A stretch of DNA of 63,186 nucleotides, filler included, from Intoshia linei (lineage: Eukaryota; Animalia; Orthonectida): assembly GCA_001642005.1 (NCBI GenBank). It is 7 parts of 7 records of this genome, joined end to end, with 100 filler letters (N's around TTAATTAATTAA, not from the genome) between each part and the next. Parts side by side here need not be neighbours in the genome. Positions count along the whole stretch, not along the records: positions 61,311 to 63,186 come from LWCA01002479.1; 6 more parts are not named here. One strand, 5' to 3'. The position numbers and the translations under genes are program-made. Shown here one piece after another: positions 63,001-63,186 of the stretch. The notes under the pieces were generated by a model, which was given only the letters and a program-made list of their open reading frames with translations, ran no database searches and was not told the origin of the DNA. Position 1 is the stretch's first letter. Each line of letters opens with the position of its first letter.

Positions 63001-63186
63001 AATCAATTTTGAAATAACATAACTGGCATTAGTATTATTTATCTGTACCCATCCTATTCGTGAATAGGGTTAGAAACATTAAGTTATTTTCAACCCGAAT
63101 TTTTGAGCGAAGCGTGTTATTTTTTTGGAGCCCTTTTCTCTTTTTTATTGTCTTGCTCATTTAAGACGACAAAATATGTTACTATG

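Noticed and set aside
1-63186. tRNA, rRNA or snRNA genes
   Set aside because: No cloverleaf or recognisable conserved RNA motif seen by eye; tRNAscan-SE/Infernal would be needed to exclude them.

Overview
Very AT-rich eukaryotic (animal-like) draft-genome window. Genes are interrupted by many tiny 35-75 nt GT-AG introns plus a few kb-long, transposon-filled introns. The style is consistent with a compact parasitic invertebrate such as the orthonectid Intoshia (inference only, not verified). Six 100-nt N gaps carry an artificial TTAATTAATTAA linker. By manual exon joining I can support: two tandem copine paralogs (both with a degenerate C2B domain), an orphan gene between them, a GST-kappa terminal exon plus an internally deleted GST-kappa pseudogene, AP-1 mu (AP1M1, 11 exons), a strongly miniaturised Pasha/DGCR8 head-to-head (127 bp) with an ALIX/Bro1-family gene, a minimal RGS protein, the 3' part of MCCC1, WDR54, the 3' part of DDX52/ROK1, the CBS2 end of a CLC channel and MLX. 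AP1M1, GST-kappa and the conserved domains of Pasha and MLX are not captured by the ORF track. Mobile DNA is abundant: Tc3-like DD34E elements, other Tc1 fragments (one folded back on itself as a hairpin), pogo/Tigger, hAT (Buster/SPIN-like) with several MITEs, a probable piggyBac remnant, a Gypsy RNase H remnant and a multi-copy non-autonomous Helitron family. The best leads are the mini-Pasha locus, the transposase fold-back hairpin, the Ca-ligand-less C2B copines and an RRM-like fragment inside a copine intron. All family calls are by-eye motif recognition; no searches were run.
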